Positions 20,037 through 29,587 of a stretch of 64,000 bases of DNA are shown here, piece after piece. The stretch's first letter is position 1. Every line of letters starts with the position of its first letter. The position numbers were made by a program, and so were the translations under genes. Below the pieces are notes generated by a model. That model was given only the letters and a program-made list of their open reading frames with translations. It was not told where the DNA came from and did no database searches. This DNA is from a virus (lineage: Duplodnaviria; Heunggongvirae; Uroviricota; Caudoviricetes): IMG/VR virus record IMGVR_UViG_3300031998_000033, positions 36,685 through 100,684 of that record; one strand, given 5' to 3'.

Positions 20037-21046
20037 TCAGCTTCTACGCATACCTGTGCTAGACACCATTGCGGCGCATGCCGTGCCGCTTTCTTCGTCG
20101 TAATTGAACCCTTCGTTCAGATCGATCCACTCCGTCCAATTATTGGCGTCTTCGCTGTCCGAAATCTCTTCGGCAAAGTCATTTAGTTCTTCGCGTAAGC
20201 CCGATGGTATTATGCCGTTGTCCAACGCCTTTTCGCAGAACCACTGTAGTATGCCGTATATAAGCATATATGAAATATTATATCCGAGCGTCTTGTATCC
20301 GTGCCGGGCGGCGTCAGCGAGTATTTCGTTCAGCCTATCGACGTATACTTCCATACCGCCTACCCTACCGTTCTTGCTGACTGCTTCCTTGTGGCGGACA
20401 TTCTTAGATGAGCATTCTTTGTACACCTACAGGGCCTTCTCAGCAGTGGCAAGAGCTTGATCTGGGAACTTGTGGCTGTTTGCTTGGTCCCATGGAACGA
20501 CTTCCCCGCTGGGTCGCACCTCCAGCGCAACCTTATCAAGGTCGTCTCCGGCCGGCTTTAGCTTGATGAGGAACAGGAAGTCGGTTTTGCGGGTAGCGAA
20601 ATACCTCTTGAAATGGTCTTGGTTGTCAGTCGAAATACACCACCCAGTAGACTTGCCCTTATAAAACCTGCCGAGGACCTTGGCCGCATCGTAGCTCGGG
20701 ACTAGCCAGACTTCGTACCCGTCTACGTCCGGCGACAGCATCTCCGCTCCGGCGCGCTCGGCCTGCGCTTTGTACTCGGTGTCCTTCCGCTCCGATCGGT
20801 TTCTCGTGTCGAACTGCTGGACGAAATCCCTGAACTCGGAAAACGGCCTGGCCTGCCAGTACTCTATCGCGTTCTCTGGGCTCTTGCACTTGTGCCGCAC
20901 AGTGTTCCAGTACAGGCCGAACAGGTTTTCGAAGTCCGGCTCAGCCCCGTACTTTTTCTAAAACGCCTGCTTGTCCTCTGACAGAAGCACGCCTTCCCAA
21001 TAGGAGATAGCCTCCGCGATCTGCCTCTTAGTATACATCTTCTTTA
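20037..21046 (-). CDS. Leader-family protein 1 (MYTKRQIAEAISYW...) with a 'YEVW...GKS.GWCIST' domain, about 336 aa, 2 in-frame TAGs
   Basis: Track ORFs 20427..20900 and 20037..20426 are in one frame joined by TAG 20427. The N-terminal extension passes through a further TAG to ATG ~21044. The central domain is paralogous to 49810..51321. Confidence 0.5.
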
Positions 21047-21054
21047 TGATGTTA

Positions 21055-21834
21055 TCTTTCTTTTATTGACGTTATCTCAATGTCCTTGAAGTTATATTCT
21101 TCTGGATGTTCATTTAAAAACTTCTTTCTAGCTTCAGCTTCATCTTTAGCTTCAACCTCAGTCTGATATTTGTCTTGATGCCAAGCTGTATAACCTATAG
21201 TGAATGTCTTTACAGCATTGATTTCTTCTCCATACCAATCATCGCTGTCCTAGGAGTATATGTCTTTACCTGCAGCAGCTCGTTCTACCATTTTCACATA
21301 TGAGTCTATTTCATTCACCAGCCTGTCTGCCTTGTATGTGATATTCCAGTCTTCAGAGAATGAGCGGCGGTGGCGATTCGTGAAAGTCTTTTCTACGAAA
21401 TTGTCTACTTCAGCAAGATCTTTGCCGTCATCATGAACTGTGAATTTACCAGTGTCTATGTCAACATATAAACTTCCGCCATCCGCGCCTCCGCCTTCTA
21501 TCCCGAACAGTCTGTCTTTAATTCTATTAAAACCTAGATTATGGAACCAGCCATTAGTTTTGAACTTGTTATAATAATGGTAAAAATCTTTTTTATACTA
21601 ATATTTTCCGCCTATATCGGTATATTTGACCTTACCATGCTTGAATAAGTCTGTGACTAGCTAATGAGCTTTCCTTAGCTTTGGAAGCAGCTTGATGATC
21701 TAATTGCATGAGTCTCGCAAATCAATGTTCTAATAAGCTTTCTCACATATGCTCTTGTAGTTTCCAGCTCTAAGCTGCTTCTTCCAGTAAGCGATCGCCT
21801 CCGTAATTTGCTTCTTTGTGTATGTCTTTTTCAT
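21055..21834 (-). CDS. Leader-family protein 2 (MKKTYTKKQITEAIAYWKKQL...), about 259 aa, 5 in-frame TAGs
   Basis: ATG at 21832-21834. Translated by hand to TAA ~21055. No track ORF because of the TAG density. Confidence 0.5.
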
Positions 21835-21988
21835 CTTTTTGTTTTCCTTTATCGTAACGGAAGTCCGTACCATCTTGAACGGCCGCGGTTTTGTGTTAGC
21901 CATAGAAATATCCCCGTCCCAGTCTTCAGGATCGACGAACTTCCCGCCGTCTACGACCAGAAACGCGTCGTCGTGCCCGGCCGGCGAA

Positions 21989-24073
21989 TCAGCGGAACGA
22001 GAACGGACGCAGGAACATTTCCTTTCTGAGCTGCTGGTTCCTGTACGTCCCGTAGCCGTACGACTTTCCGGCCTTTATCAGGTTGGCGGCGGCCTTCCTG
22101 TCTCCCATGTCGTAGAACGTCTTGAGCATGTTGTTCAGATAGTTCACGAGGGCCGGCGCGCTGTAGTCGTCGTACCGCGCCGGCTCATACGGGAAAGACT
22201 GGTTTACCATGGCGCGCGCCAGCCGCAGGTCCACGACGTTGTCCCTGAACCTCTGGAACACTCCGGCGACGTCGCCGACGGTCTCGTCGAGGGTTTTGGC
22301 GAAAGCCATGAGCTTCTCGCTTCCAAACTGGTTGTGCATGGACAGCGTGGGCGAAGTCGGACTGGCTTCGAACTCCAGCTTGTTGAACCATCCGTCCTCG
22401 CCCAGCCCCCAGAACGCGAACCAGCGCCCGGCCTGGGCCGACGCCCTCGACTTCCCGGCGAGGCCCGTCGAGCAGTAGAACGGGACGAGGGCTTTTCCTA
22501 TAGACGCCACGACGATGACGCGCCCCGCATATACCATGAACTTGTCGTATCTCCCCGGCGCCATCCCCACTAGATCGGGCATGCCGCAGATGGCCTCCGC
22601 CTTCTGCCGGGCGGCTCCGCCGGCGGAGTTGGCCTTCATGCGCACTCTGGCCTTCTTCTGCCGCGCTGCCTTCCGCTCGGCCTCGCGCCTCGACTCCTCG
22701 CCGAGCTGCCGGTCCTCGCGGTCTTCGAGGATGAGGCGCTTGTCCTCCATGGCCTCGTCGAGCATGTGCGCCCAGTAGTATATCTGTCTGTCCGATTCGG
22801 ATATTGTTTTCGTTTCGCCCGTCTTCACCATCTTGAACGGTCTCGGCTTCGTGTTGTCCGGCGTAATCTCGCCGTCGTATTCGTCCGGGCGCACGAATTT
22901 CTTGCCGTCCTTCACCAGAAAGGCGTCGTCGTGCCTGCCGCTGTTCAGCCATTTCTCGAGCTTTTCCCAGTCCATCTCGCCGCCCCAGTAGACGTTCGTG
23001 TCGTCCGGCATCGGAACCTTCTTGAAGCCGTAGTCCTGCAGCCTCGAAATGCCGCTGATCCCGCCCGGCGTCGCCCCGCCGCGCGCCTGCAGCTCCATGC
23101 CCTTCTCGCACGACGCCGCCAGGGCCTTATACATGTCGTCCAGCACCTTCTCGTCCTTCGGCGCGGTCCCGAAGTTCTCGAAGTGCATCTGCCAGGCGCC
23201 GTCCTGGTCTATGACTACCATGAACGGCTTCTCCTGGTCGAAGCCGGGATTGACGTCCTTGTGCGCCAGGACGAACCCGTCATAGCCCCAGCACATGTCC
23301 TTCTGCTTCTCGCACGCGTCCAGGCGCAGGACGCGCCCGAGGTCCGACACGGGCGGCTTTCCGGCGTCCTCCTGCAGCCGTCTAGGCCCGCGGCCCCGCC
23401 CTCTGCACGCCTCGACCGCGGCCTTGACGCGCGCCGGGTCGTCGCTCTGCATGTCGTCCGCCTTGTGCTGCAGAAGCCAGTTCACCTCTCTCATGGAAAG
23501 CGTATACGCCACGCTGGACTGCACGTCCGGGTCGATTGACATCAGCGATCCGGGGCCGTCTATGATCCCCTTTATCCCGGGCTTGGCGCGGATCATGTCG
23601 TCAAGCACGACTTTGTACGGGTGGACGTGTTCGGCCCTGGCCCTTTCCATTATCTCGGCCGCCCATTCCGCGAAGTCCAGCAGCTCCCGGTCCGTCGCCT
23701 CCATTACGCCGTCCATTGGGGCGTATTCGTCGTCCAGCTTCTTCAGCGCGGCGCGTATGGACTTAGCGCTATGTCCGCCTCCGGCCATCTCCAGAAACCG
23801 GCCGAGGCAGTGCGTCACGGTCTCCAGGGCGTCTCCCTGCAGAAAGCTTTCCGCCGCCGCCGGGTAGCCGCACAGCTCTTCGACGGAGTCCTTCCACACG
23901 TCGAACACCGGAAGGTTCTTGTCCAGGAACGCGACGAATACCACCGGACGCCACATGTCGCAGCCGAACAGGTCCATGTATTCGAACTCGTTAGAGAAAA
24001 ACGCCGGGCGGGCGGGACTGGCGTTTATGTCCGGAAAGCGCGAACTCTGCTTGCGATACCATACTCTGTTCAT
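21989..24073 (-). CDS. Large hypothetical protein, 694 aa, GC-rich (about 62%) and free of TAG
   Basis: Single intact ORF with a TGA stop. GC and codon usage differ from neighbours. All other long ORFs at this locus are alternate-frame artefacts of the high GC. Confidence 0.6.
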   Translation of the reverse strand: MNRVWYRKQSSRFPDINASPARPAFFSNEFEYMDLFGCDMWRPVVFVAFLDKNLPVFDVWKDSVEELCGYPAAAESFLQGDALETVTHCLGRFLEMAGGGHSAKSIRAALKKLDDEYAPMDGVMEATDRELLDFAEWAAEIMERARAEHVHPYKVVLDDMIRAKPGIKGIIDGPGSLMSIDPDVQSSVAYTLSMREVNWLLQHKADDMQSDDPARVKAAVEACRGRGRGPRRLQEDAGKPPVSDLGRVLRLDACEKQKDMCWGYDGFVLAHKDVNPGFDQEKPFMVVIDQDGAWQMHFENFGTAPKDEKVLDDMYKALAASCEKGMELQARGGATPGGISGISRLQDYGFKKVPMPDDTNVYWGGEMDWEKLEKWLNSGRHDDAFLVKDGKKFVRPDEYDGEITPDNTKPRPFKMVKTGETKTISESDRQIYYWAHMLDEAMEDKRLILEDREDRQLGEESRREAERKAARQKKARVRMKANSAGGAARQKAEAICGMPDLVGMAPGRYDKFMVYAGRVIVVASIGKALVPFYCSTGLAGKSRASAQAGRWFAFWGLGEDGWFNKLEFEASPTSPTLSMHNQFGSEKLMAFAKTLDETVGDVAGVFQRFRDNVVDLRLARAMVNQSFPYEPARYDDYSAPALVNYLNNMLKTFYDMGDRKAAANLIKAGKSYGYGTYRNQQLRKEMFLRPFSFR

Positions 24074-24099
24074 ATTGTTACCAAATAGGATTTATCTTA

Positions 24100-24135
24100 T
24101 TAAATTTTACGAAATGGTTAATTTCCACGTCAACC
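24100..24135 (-). promoter_or_regulatory. Sigma70-like promoter for the 694-aa gene
   Basis: Minus strand TTGACG-18nt-TAAAAT, about 30 nt upstream of the ATG at 24073. Confidence 0.45.
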
Positions 24136-24159
24136 AATCATAAATTGTTTACTCTCATC

Positions 24160-24975
24160 TTACGATAAACAGAAAAAAGAACCGCGAGATTCTGCCTTGA
24201 TTATTTCTTCCTCTATCTTGTCAAGTTCCTGCCGACCTTCATCGCCGATGGAAGTATCGATAGAACCGCCGCCCGGAAGCGGAACATTCTGGAATTTCTT
24301 GCGGATCTGGCCTAAAAGTATCTTGGCTTTCGCAAGGCAGATACGCTTGACGTACTCGTTGCCGTAATAACGGGAAAGCGGAAGCTGCCGGTTGCACGTT
24401 AACAGAATACACTGGTTCGCGCACCTAGGTTCCGGCATCAGCCTCAATATCCCGGTATATTCGTCATACGTCCAGTCCGGATTGCTGCCCATCATGCGCT
24501 GCGCGGTGTCATACCATTCATGCAGGTTCTGGAACGTCACCCATGATCCGACGAAGTTGGTCTGACCGCCCATACCGAACATCGGGGATCCAACGCCCTG
24601 TCCGAACGCCGCGTACGGGGAGAAAAACAGGTCGCCATATCCGTGCAGCACATTGTCCTTCTGGAACGAAATCTGCTTGATCGACGCTATCTTAAGTTCG
24701 GACAGATCGATGCCGACGCCCGGCTTGTAATACCGGAGGTTGACTATGCAGTATTCTTCCGGATGGTATTCATATTTAGTGTAGAACTAAATTGAATCGC
24801 CTATTATGACGTTCAAGTGTTTCTGCAGCAGTTCGACCGTCTGAAGCCCGCCGCCTAAATTGAGGATAATCCAGTCCTTCAGCTGCTCCAATGTCGTTAC
24901 GCTAGGATTCAGCCATGTAGAATTCGGGCTTAAGTCTGAAAGCTCGTCTTTAGGTCTTTTAACTGCATTCTTCAT
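24160..24975 (-). CDS. Hypothetical protein of about 271 aa, 1 in-frame TAG
   Basis: Track ORFs 24787..24975 and 24160..24651 are in one frame, joined by TAG at 24787. Confidence 0.45.
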
Positions 24976-25069
24976 ATGCTTTATTTACCATCCACTGGCG
25001 CTGATATGCGAAAGACGCCGGCCTTACGGCCGACGTCCTTGCCCGCGGAAACCGCATTTTCGAAGCTGA

Positions 25070-25405
25070 TCAGATATGTCCGTGCTGGAGCAGCGAGTTC
25101 AACTGACTTATGAAATCATAGTCCCTTTCGGCTTCGTCGGACGAGCTTCCGCCCTCGACGGTGATTTCGAGCCGGCCTAAACCGGAGTTGTTGGCCAGTT
25201 CGCCGCCGAACTTCCTGTACAGCGCGTCGAACATAGCGTCGGCCGCGGTATAGCTGTTGGCGCCGTCATATTTGATCTTCAGCGTCGCCTCGCAGCTGCA
25301 CTTGTTGCCCTCGATCTCATTAAGGCGCTTTGTCCAGTAGTCGATAGCCTCTTTGATGCATTTCTTAGTATACTTCTTCATGTGACAATCCTTTTTAGAT
25401 TTCAT
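25070..25405 (-). CDS. Leader-family protein 3 (..MKKYTKKCIKEAIDYWTKRL...), 111 aa
   Basis: Leader begins at the second Met. TGA stop. Confidence 0.5.
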   Translation of the reverse strand: MKSKKDCHMKKYTKKCIKEAIDYWTKRLNEIEGNKCSCEATLKIKYDGANSYTAADAMFDALYRKFGGELANNSGLGRLEITVEGGSSSDEAERDYDFISQLNSLLQHGHI

Positions 25406-25447
25406 TTTTATTTACTTCTAAGCATAGCGCATACGGTAAATAAAAAC

Positions 25448-26284
25448 ATGAACAAGCATCAATACGACATTTTCGGGCTGGACCCGATTCCTTTCGGTCC
25501 ATGGGCGCCGGGTAGGCCCCATCCGCCGCGCCATGACGATCCGTATGTCAAAGAGACGACGAAGGTCGCGGAGATAAAAGACCGCTTCATGAAGACGCGG
25601 TACAAGGTCGCGCTGACGGACTTCGACGGAGAAGAACCGGCGCATGACGATCTGACGCATGAAGATTTATTCTTCCAAGTAACGGCTGTATCGTACAACT
25701 ACGACGAACCTCTTGAAATTATCCATCGCGATTTCAGGAATTTCGAAGACGCCGTCAGGTTTTTCGAAAAAACCGTAGACCAATTGCAGGCGCTGGCCAA
25801 ACTTGATTCGCGCGACGCGCAGGATATCAGAATATACGCCGACAAGACAGGATACCATAAAATCGATCCAGACTGCTGCCGCAACTGTAAATGGGCTGTT
25901 CCGGCCGACAAACATAACTGCCTGTTCCGCGAATGGCGCGGCAGACTTCGCGGAAAGTTCTTCTGCATGAACTCGAAATTATATTCTAAGCGCATGCCCG
26001 ACCTCGTTCCGGACGAAGGACAGCACGATGTATATCACGATTTCCAACATACCAGATGGAACGTAATCGACATAACTCCGGAAGTAGATCCAGACGGCAT
26101 CTGTGACGGATACGAGCGTAGGGAAAAAGAAACGCCGCCATGCCCGCCGCCAAGGCCACCTTGTCCTCCTATTCCGCCCGGGCCTCCTGTCCCGCCTGGA
26201 CCTCCTGTCCCGCCTGGACCTCCTGTTCCACCCGGGCCTCCGCATCCGTACGTGCCGGGACCGCTTCCGTATGGAAGGCCATAA
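25448..26284 (+). CDS. Hypothetical protein with a C-terminal collagen-like PPG/PGPPVP repeat, about 278 aa
   Basis: Likely start MNKHQYDIF at 25448. Cys motif CCRNCKW...HNC. C-terminal PPCPPPRPPCPPIPPGPPVPPGPPVPPGPPVPPGPPHPYVPGP. Lone plus-strand gene among minus-strand genes, with its own terminator. Confidence 0.5.
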   Translation: MNKHQYDIFGLDPIPFGPWAPGRPHPPRHDDPYVKETTKVAEIKDRFMKTRYKVALTDFDGEEPAHDDLTHEDLFFQVTAVSYNYDEPLEIIHRDFRNFEDAVRFFEKTVDQLQALAKLDSRDAQDIRIYADKTGYHKIDPDCCRNCKWAVPADKHNCLFREWRGRLRGKFFCMNSKLYSKRMPDLVPDEGQHDVYHDFQHTRWNVIDITPEVDPDGICDGYERREKETPPCPPPRPPCPPIPPGPPVPPGPPVPPGPPVPPGPPHPYVPGPLPYGRP

Positions 26285-26292
26285 AGAAAAAA

Positions 26293-26319
26293 GACGGCGT
26301 TTACGCCGTCTTTTTTTTA
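26293..26319 (+). terminator. Rho-independent terminator
   Basis: gacggcgt-tt-acgccgtc followed by T9. Confidence 0.7.
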
Positions 26320-26339
26320 TGTCGATTCATGCTAAACCG

Positions 26340-27011
26340 TCAACCGCCATAGACGGACGCCATATATTCTTGCCATCCGGCCTGCCAGATAAACCACGAT
26401 ATAAGCAGCGATATCAAACCGCCAATATTTCCAGACATAATATTGAACACTCCCCAGCATGCGAAAAGCGCTGCGAATACGCGTCCGACATTCATCGCCG
26501 TCCGTGTCGCGTCCTGTCTGGGCTTTTTCCGGCTAAGCCATGCGCGTAAAATCCGTCCGCCGTCCATGGGAAATCCAGGCAGCAGATTGAAAAATCCAAG
26601 TCCGGCGTTCAGGCCTGAAAGTACGGTAAAAGACTGAAACAAGAAAGCTACGCGACAGAATAGAAATGCGACCACTGAAAATACAACGGCAAGCGCGAGT
26701 GACGTGCCAGGCCCGGCCAGCGCCACGAGCATTTCTTGCTTCGGGACTTTCGGAATACTCTCCAGCTCGGCGCACCCGCCGAGCATTGAAAGCGTTATCT
26801 TCCGCGTTCTGCATCTGTATTTTCTGGCGACAAGACAATGCCCGAACTCATGCGCCAATATTGAAAAACCGAAACCGACTGTAATGAGAACGCCAAACAG
26901 GAAGCCCATGCCGCACATAAGCACCAAAACCGCTATAAATAAAAACGATATGTCGACATATAACGGTATGCCGAATGCAGAGCCCAGCTGAAAAACCTTC
27001 GTTTTAAACAT
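26340..27011 (-). CDS. Site-2 protease family (M50) intramembrane metalloprotease
   Basis: HEFGH zinc motif inside a polytopic membrane protein, with a downstream LPGFPMDGG (LDG-like) motif. 223 aa, no TAG. Confidence 0.65.
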   Translation of the reverse strand: MFKTKVFQLGSAFGIPLYVDISFLFIAVLVLMCGMGFLFGVLITVGFGFSILAHEFGHCLVARKYRCRTRKITLSMLGGCAELESIPKVPKQEMLVALAGPGTSLALAVVFSVVAFLFCRVAFLFQSFTVLSGLNAGLGFFNLLPGFPMDGGRILRAWLSRKKPRQDATRTAMNVGRVFAALFACWGVFNIMSGNIGGLISLLISWFIWQAGWQEYMASVYGG

Positions 27012-27089
27012 CGAATCTCCGTTGTTTTTACGACATCATAATCCGGACATAAACAATCATAGCCTTCGATATAGATTCAGCCCGGTATG

Positions 27090-27398
27090 TCAATCGTCGT
27101 CTTCTCCGTCTTTCTCGGTCGTCTTAGCATAATATGCACCGCAAACAGCCAATAAAAACAACAGCAGCGCCGCCGCCGGCCATAATACGCTTATGAAAAA
27201 AGCGAACCCCGCGCATTTGCAGACTTCGGTTTTTGTATAGTCTTCCCAATCCGGAAAAACAGGACAGAAAAAAATCAGAAAACAAACCAACGCTATAATA
27301 CCATAAATAATCGTAACAGTCGTCATTTCATTTCCCTCCAAAATCTTAAAAAGACGGATCCCGATATGAATACGCGCCGTTGAAAGACAACCGCGCAT
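27090..27398 (-). CDS. Small membrane protein
   Basis: Two hydrophobic helices; probable start at MTTVTIIYG (~27326). Confidence 0.4.
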   Translation of the reverse strand: MRGCLSTARIHIGIRLFKILEGNEMTTVTIIYGIIALVCFLIFFCPVFPDWEDYTKTEVCKCAGFAFFISVLWPAAALLLFLLAVCGAYYAKTTEKDGEDDD

Positions 27399-27774
27399 GC
27401 GAACCGCGCCGTCTTCTGATCTTGCCGTCTATTACATCGCACCAATACCAGTTTTTTCCGTAGCGTCCAATGTAATCGAACTCCGAATGCGGCCCGGCGG
27501 GCTCAGACGCCATAGTTTTGAAAACCGCGTCCGCCGGCAGTTTGGATGTCATACTCCCTTCGGTCCAAGACCCGATAAAAGCTGAATCTGCCCGAACAAG
27601 GCCGGCCAGCCTTCCGGGCTTGATTATTTCTATGACGAAATACCCGTATGAATCGGAACCAACCTGCTGCGTACAGCCTTGCCCGACAAATTCGGGACCC
27701 GTAAATTCACGTTTCTCGGCCTTCTGTCTGATTTCTTCAGACTGGTTTTCCAAAAAATAATGCATTATATTCAA
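27346..27774 (-). CDS. Hypothetical protein, 142 aa
   Basis: Track ORF, no TAG. Confidence 0.4.
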   Translation of the reverse strand: MNIMHYFLENQSEEIRQKAEKREFTGPEFVGQGCTQQVGSDSYGYFVIEIIKPGRLAGLVRADSAFIGSWTEGSMTSKLPADAVFKTMASEPAGPHSEFDYIGRYGKNWYWCDVIDGKIRRRRGSHARLSFNGAYSYRDPSF

Positions 27775-27796
27775 CCTTTTAAATTTTACATAATGA

Positions 27797-28225
27797 TTAT
27801 ACCGTCAGATCAAACATGCCATGGCATTTCCTGTTCGGATACCTCTCAGGCTGAACAGGATCAGGCAAGCCGAGAAGCCTAGCCTTCAATCTACGGCATT
27901 CATTAAGAGACTGTCCGCGCCTGAACGCCTTGGCCAGGACGTAATCGGCGGCGCAGGCCGGAACGCCAGGCAGAAATGACGCGACGGACATATGGAACTT
28001 GAACAAGTCGAAGTCGTCGGCACTATACCCCATCGCGAACTCCACGAGCCTGCTAAACGCCGCCTTTCCGTCCAGGCTTTTTCTAAGCAGCCTTTTCAGA
28101 AAAAAATCCGGAATTTTCAAATAGTCGACTTTAAGCTCGTGGCCGAGAAAATAATAATTTCTGTCCGATCTGAACTCCAGCGCGGAAAGAACCTTATAGA
28201 AAAGTCTTTTAATGAGACTTGCCAT
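27797..28225 (-). CDS. Hypothetical protein, 142 aa
   Basis: Track ORF. Confidence 0.4.
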   Translation of the reverse strand: MASLIKRLFYKVLSALEFRSDRNYYFLGHELKVDYLKIPDFFLKRLLRKSLDGKAAFSRLVEFAMGYSADDFDLFKFHMSVASFLPGVPACAADYVLAKAFRRGQSLNECRRLKARLLGLPDPVQPERYPNRKCHGMFDLTV

Positions 28226-28242
28226 AAAACACGCTCTTCGCT

Positions 28243-28788
28243 TTAGACATTCGATAAGTCAGGATTCGGCGCCGCCGAAAACGGACTTTTGTCTATCATG
28301 ACAAGATCATCCTCGCTCATCTGTAAAATAGGTCTGTCTGTAGGCAACATGACGACGTACAGGCAGAATATCACCTCGTTTGCCCAATTCCTATATATGC
28401 GAGTCTTAAATGGATTAATATGTACTCTGTAATTGCCAGGCGACGCCTCGAACAGGAACTTCACATTATTGAAGCCAAGCATAAGTTCATTATCGAGAAG
28501 GGCTGACATAGTCGCCGAACGATGAACGACCATATCTGGCCATGGCTGATCCGCCTCGACATAGAAGCCGCAGGGAATGACATCCGCCATAAACTTCGCG
28601 CCCCAGATATTACACAGCGTCTTGCCGAATACCATTGTAAACATGTTTTCGTCACGGTCGCAGTCTACGGCGATCAACGGACGAAATTCCGACGTGCCCC
28701 ATGTGGACTCGACGTACGTCTTGGCCGGATCAAGCCCATACTTTTCCACCGCCATGCGCAGAAGACCGTTAAACTCCTTTGTAGTCAT
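28243..28788 (-). CDS. Hypothetical protein, 181 aa
   Basis: Track ORF. Confidence 0.4.
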   Translation of the reverse strand: MTTKEFNGLLRMAVEKYGLDPAKTYVESTWGTSEFRPLIAVDCDRDENMFTMVFGKTLCNIWGAKFMADVIPCGFYVEADQPWPDMVVHRSATMSALLDNELMLGFNNVKFLFEASPGNYRVHINPFKTRIYRNWANEVIFCLYVVMLPTDRPILQMSEDDLVMIDKSPFSAAPNPDLSNV

Positions 28789-29138
28789 TTCTGTCTAGTC
28801 CTCGTCCAGTCTTCGAAAACCCCGTTTGGCAAATGCCTGGTATCCATCCAGGCAAGCCTTACATATGACGGTTCGATACCGTCATATTTCTCAATACACA
28901 GACGTTCTATTAATTCTATGCCTTTATACCGGCTGAGGATGCGTCTTGTTTTATTAAGCCAGTCTACGGCGTCAATGTCACAATAATCAGTATGTTCGGC
29001 ATAGTAAATTTTGGTATTGCCGCTCATAACGGAAAAATACGGCAGTTCGTCATTCAGTCTGAACGTACGCCGTCTGAAAAACATTATTAATGCCGAAACA
29101 AGTCCGACTATGACGAATGTAACTAATGTTAAATTCAT
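28785..29138 (-). CDS. N-terminally membrane-anchored protein, 117 aa
   Basis: N-terminal hydrophobic segment LTLVTFVIVGLVSALIMFF. 4-nt overlap with the downstream gene. Confidence 0.4.
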   Translation of the reverse strand: MNLTLVTFVIVGLVSALIMFFRRRTFRLNDELPYFSVMSGNTKIYYAEHTDYCDIDAVDWLNKTRRILSRYKGIELIERLCIEKYDGIEPSYVRLAWMDTRHLPNGVFEDWTRTRQK

Positions 29139-29139
29139 T

Positions 29140-29586
29140 TTACATATGAATAAAATGACGAACGCTGTCGACGGCCGTCTCCACCGCGGATACGTCTTGA
29201 TCCAAATACATGATCTTTCCCGAAACCGTTTTCACCATCGTAACGGTCTTCTCGCCGACTTTGTTTATTTCTATATCATAGATCTTATCGTCATTCCAAT
29301 TGGTCCACCACCATTCTTTGAACTTTGAGATGTTCTTCCGTCTGCACTTGATTTCAATAATCGGATATGTCTGCTGCTGAAAATATTCGATCTGAAGCGC
29401 GTTCAGTTTGAATGCCATGGGCTTTTCGTAAGTCTTCCAGACATTAAATATTTTATTGTCGTCATCTTTGAAATAATGAAGATACCCGTTCGGAAGTCTG
29501 AACGAGTCGTCCGTATATCCTGATACAACGGCGTCTATGACGGCGCCTTCTGTTTTTCTGTCTTCTTCCATGATCTTCTCCTCCAA
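29140..29586 (-). CDS. Hypothetical protein, 148 aa
   Basis: Track ORF. Confidence 0.4.
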   Translation of the reverse strand: MEEKIMEEDRKTEGAVIDAVVSGYTDDSFRLPNGYLHYFKDDDNKIFNVWKTYEKPMAFKLNALQIEYFQQQTYPIIEIKCRRKNISKFKEWWWTNWNDDKIYDIEINKVGEKTVTMVKTVSGKIMYLDQDVSAVETAVDSVRHFIHM

Positions 29587-29587
29587 A

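Noticed and set aside
21818-24088. Multiple long ORFs in other frames and strands (21818..22573, 22185..23111, 22766..23539, 23295..23867, 23621..24088)
   Set aside because: Alternate-frame artefacts of a 62% GC gene. Their products are Arg/Pro/Ala-rich low complexity. The 694-aa minus-strand frame is the only one with a clean start, stop and promoter.
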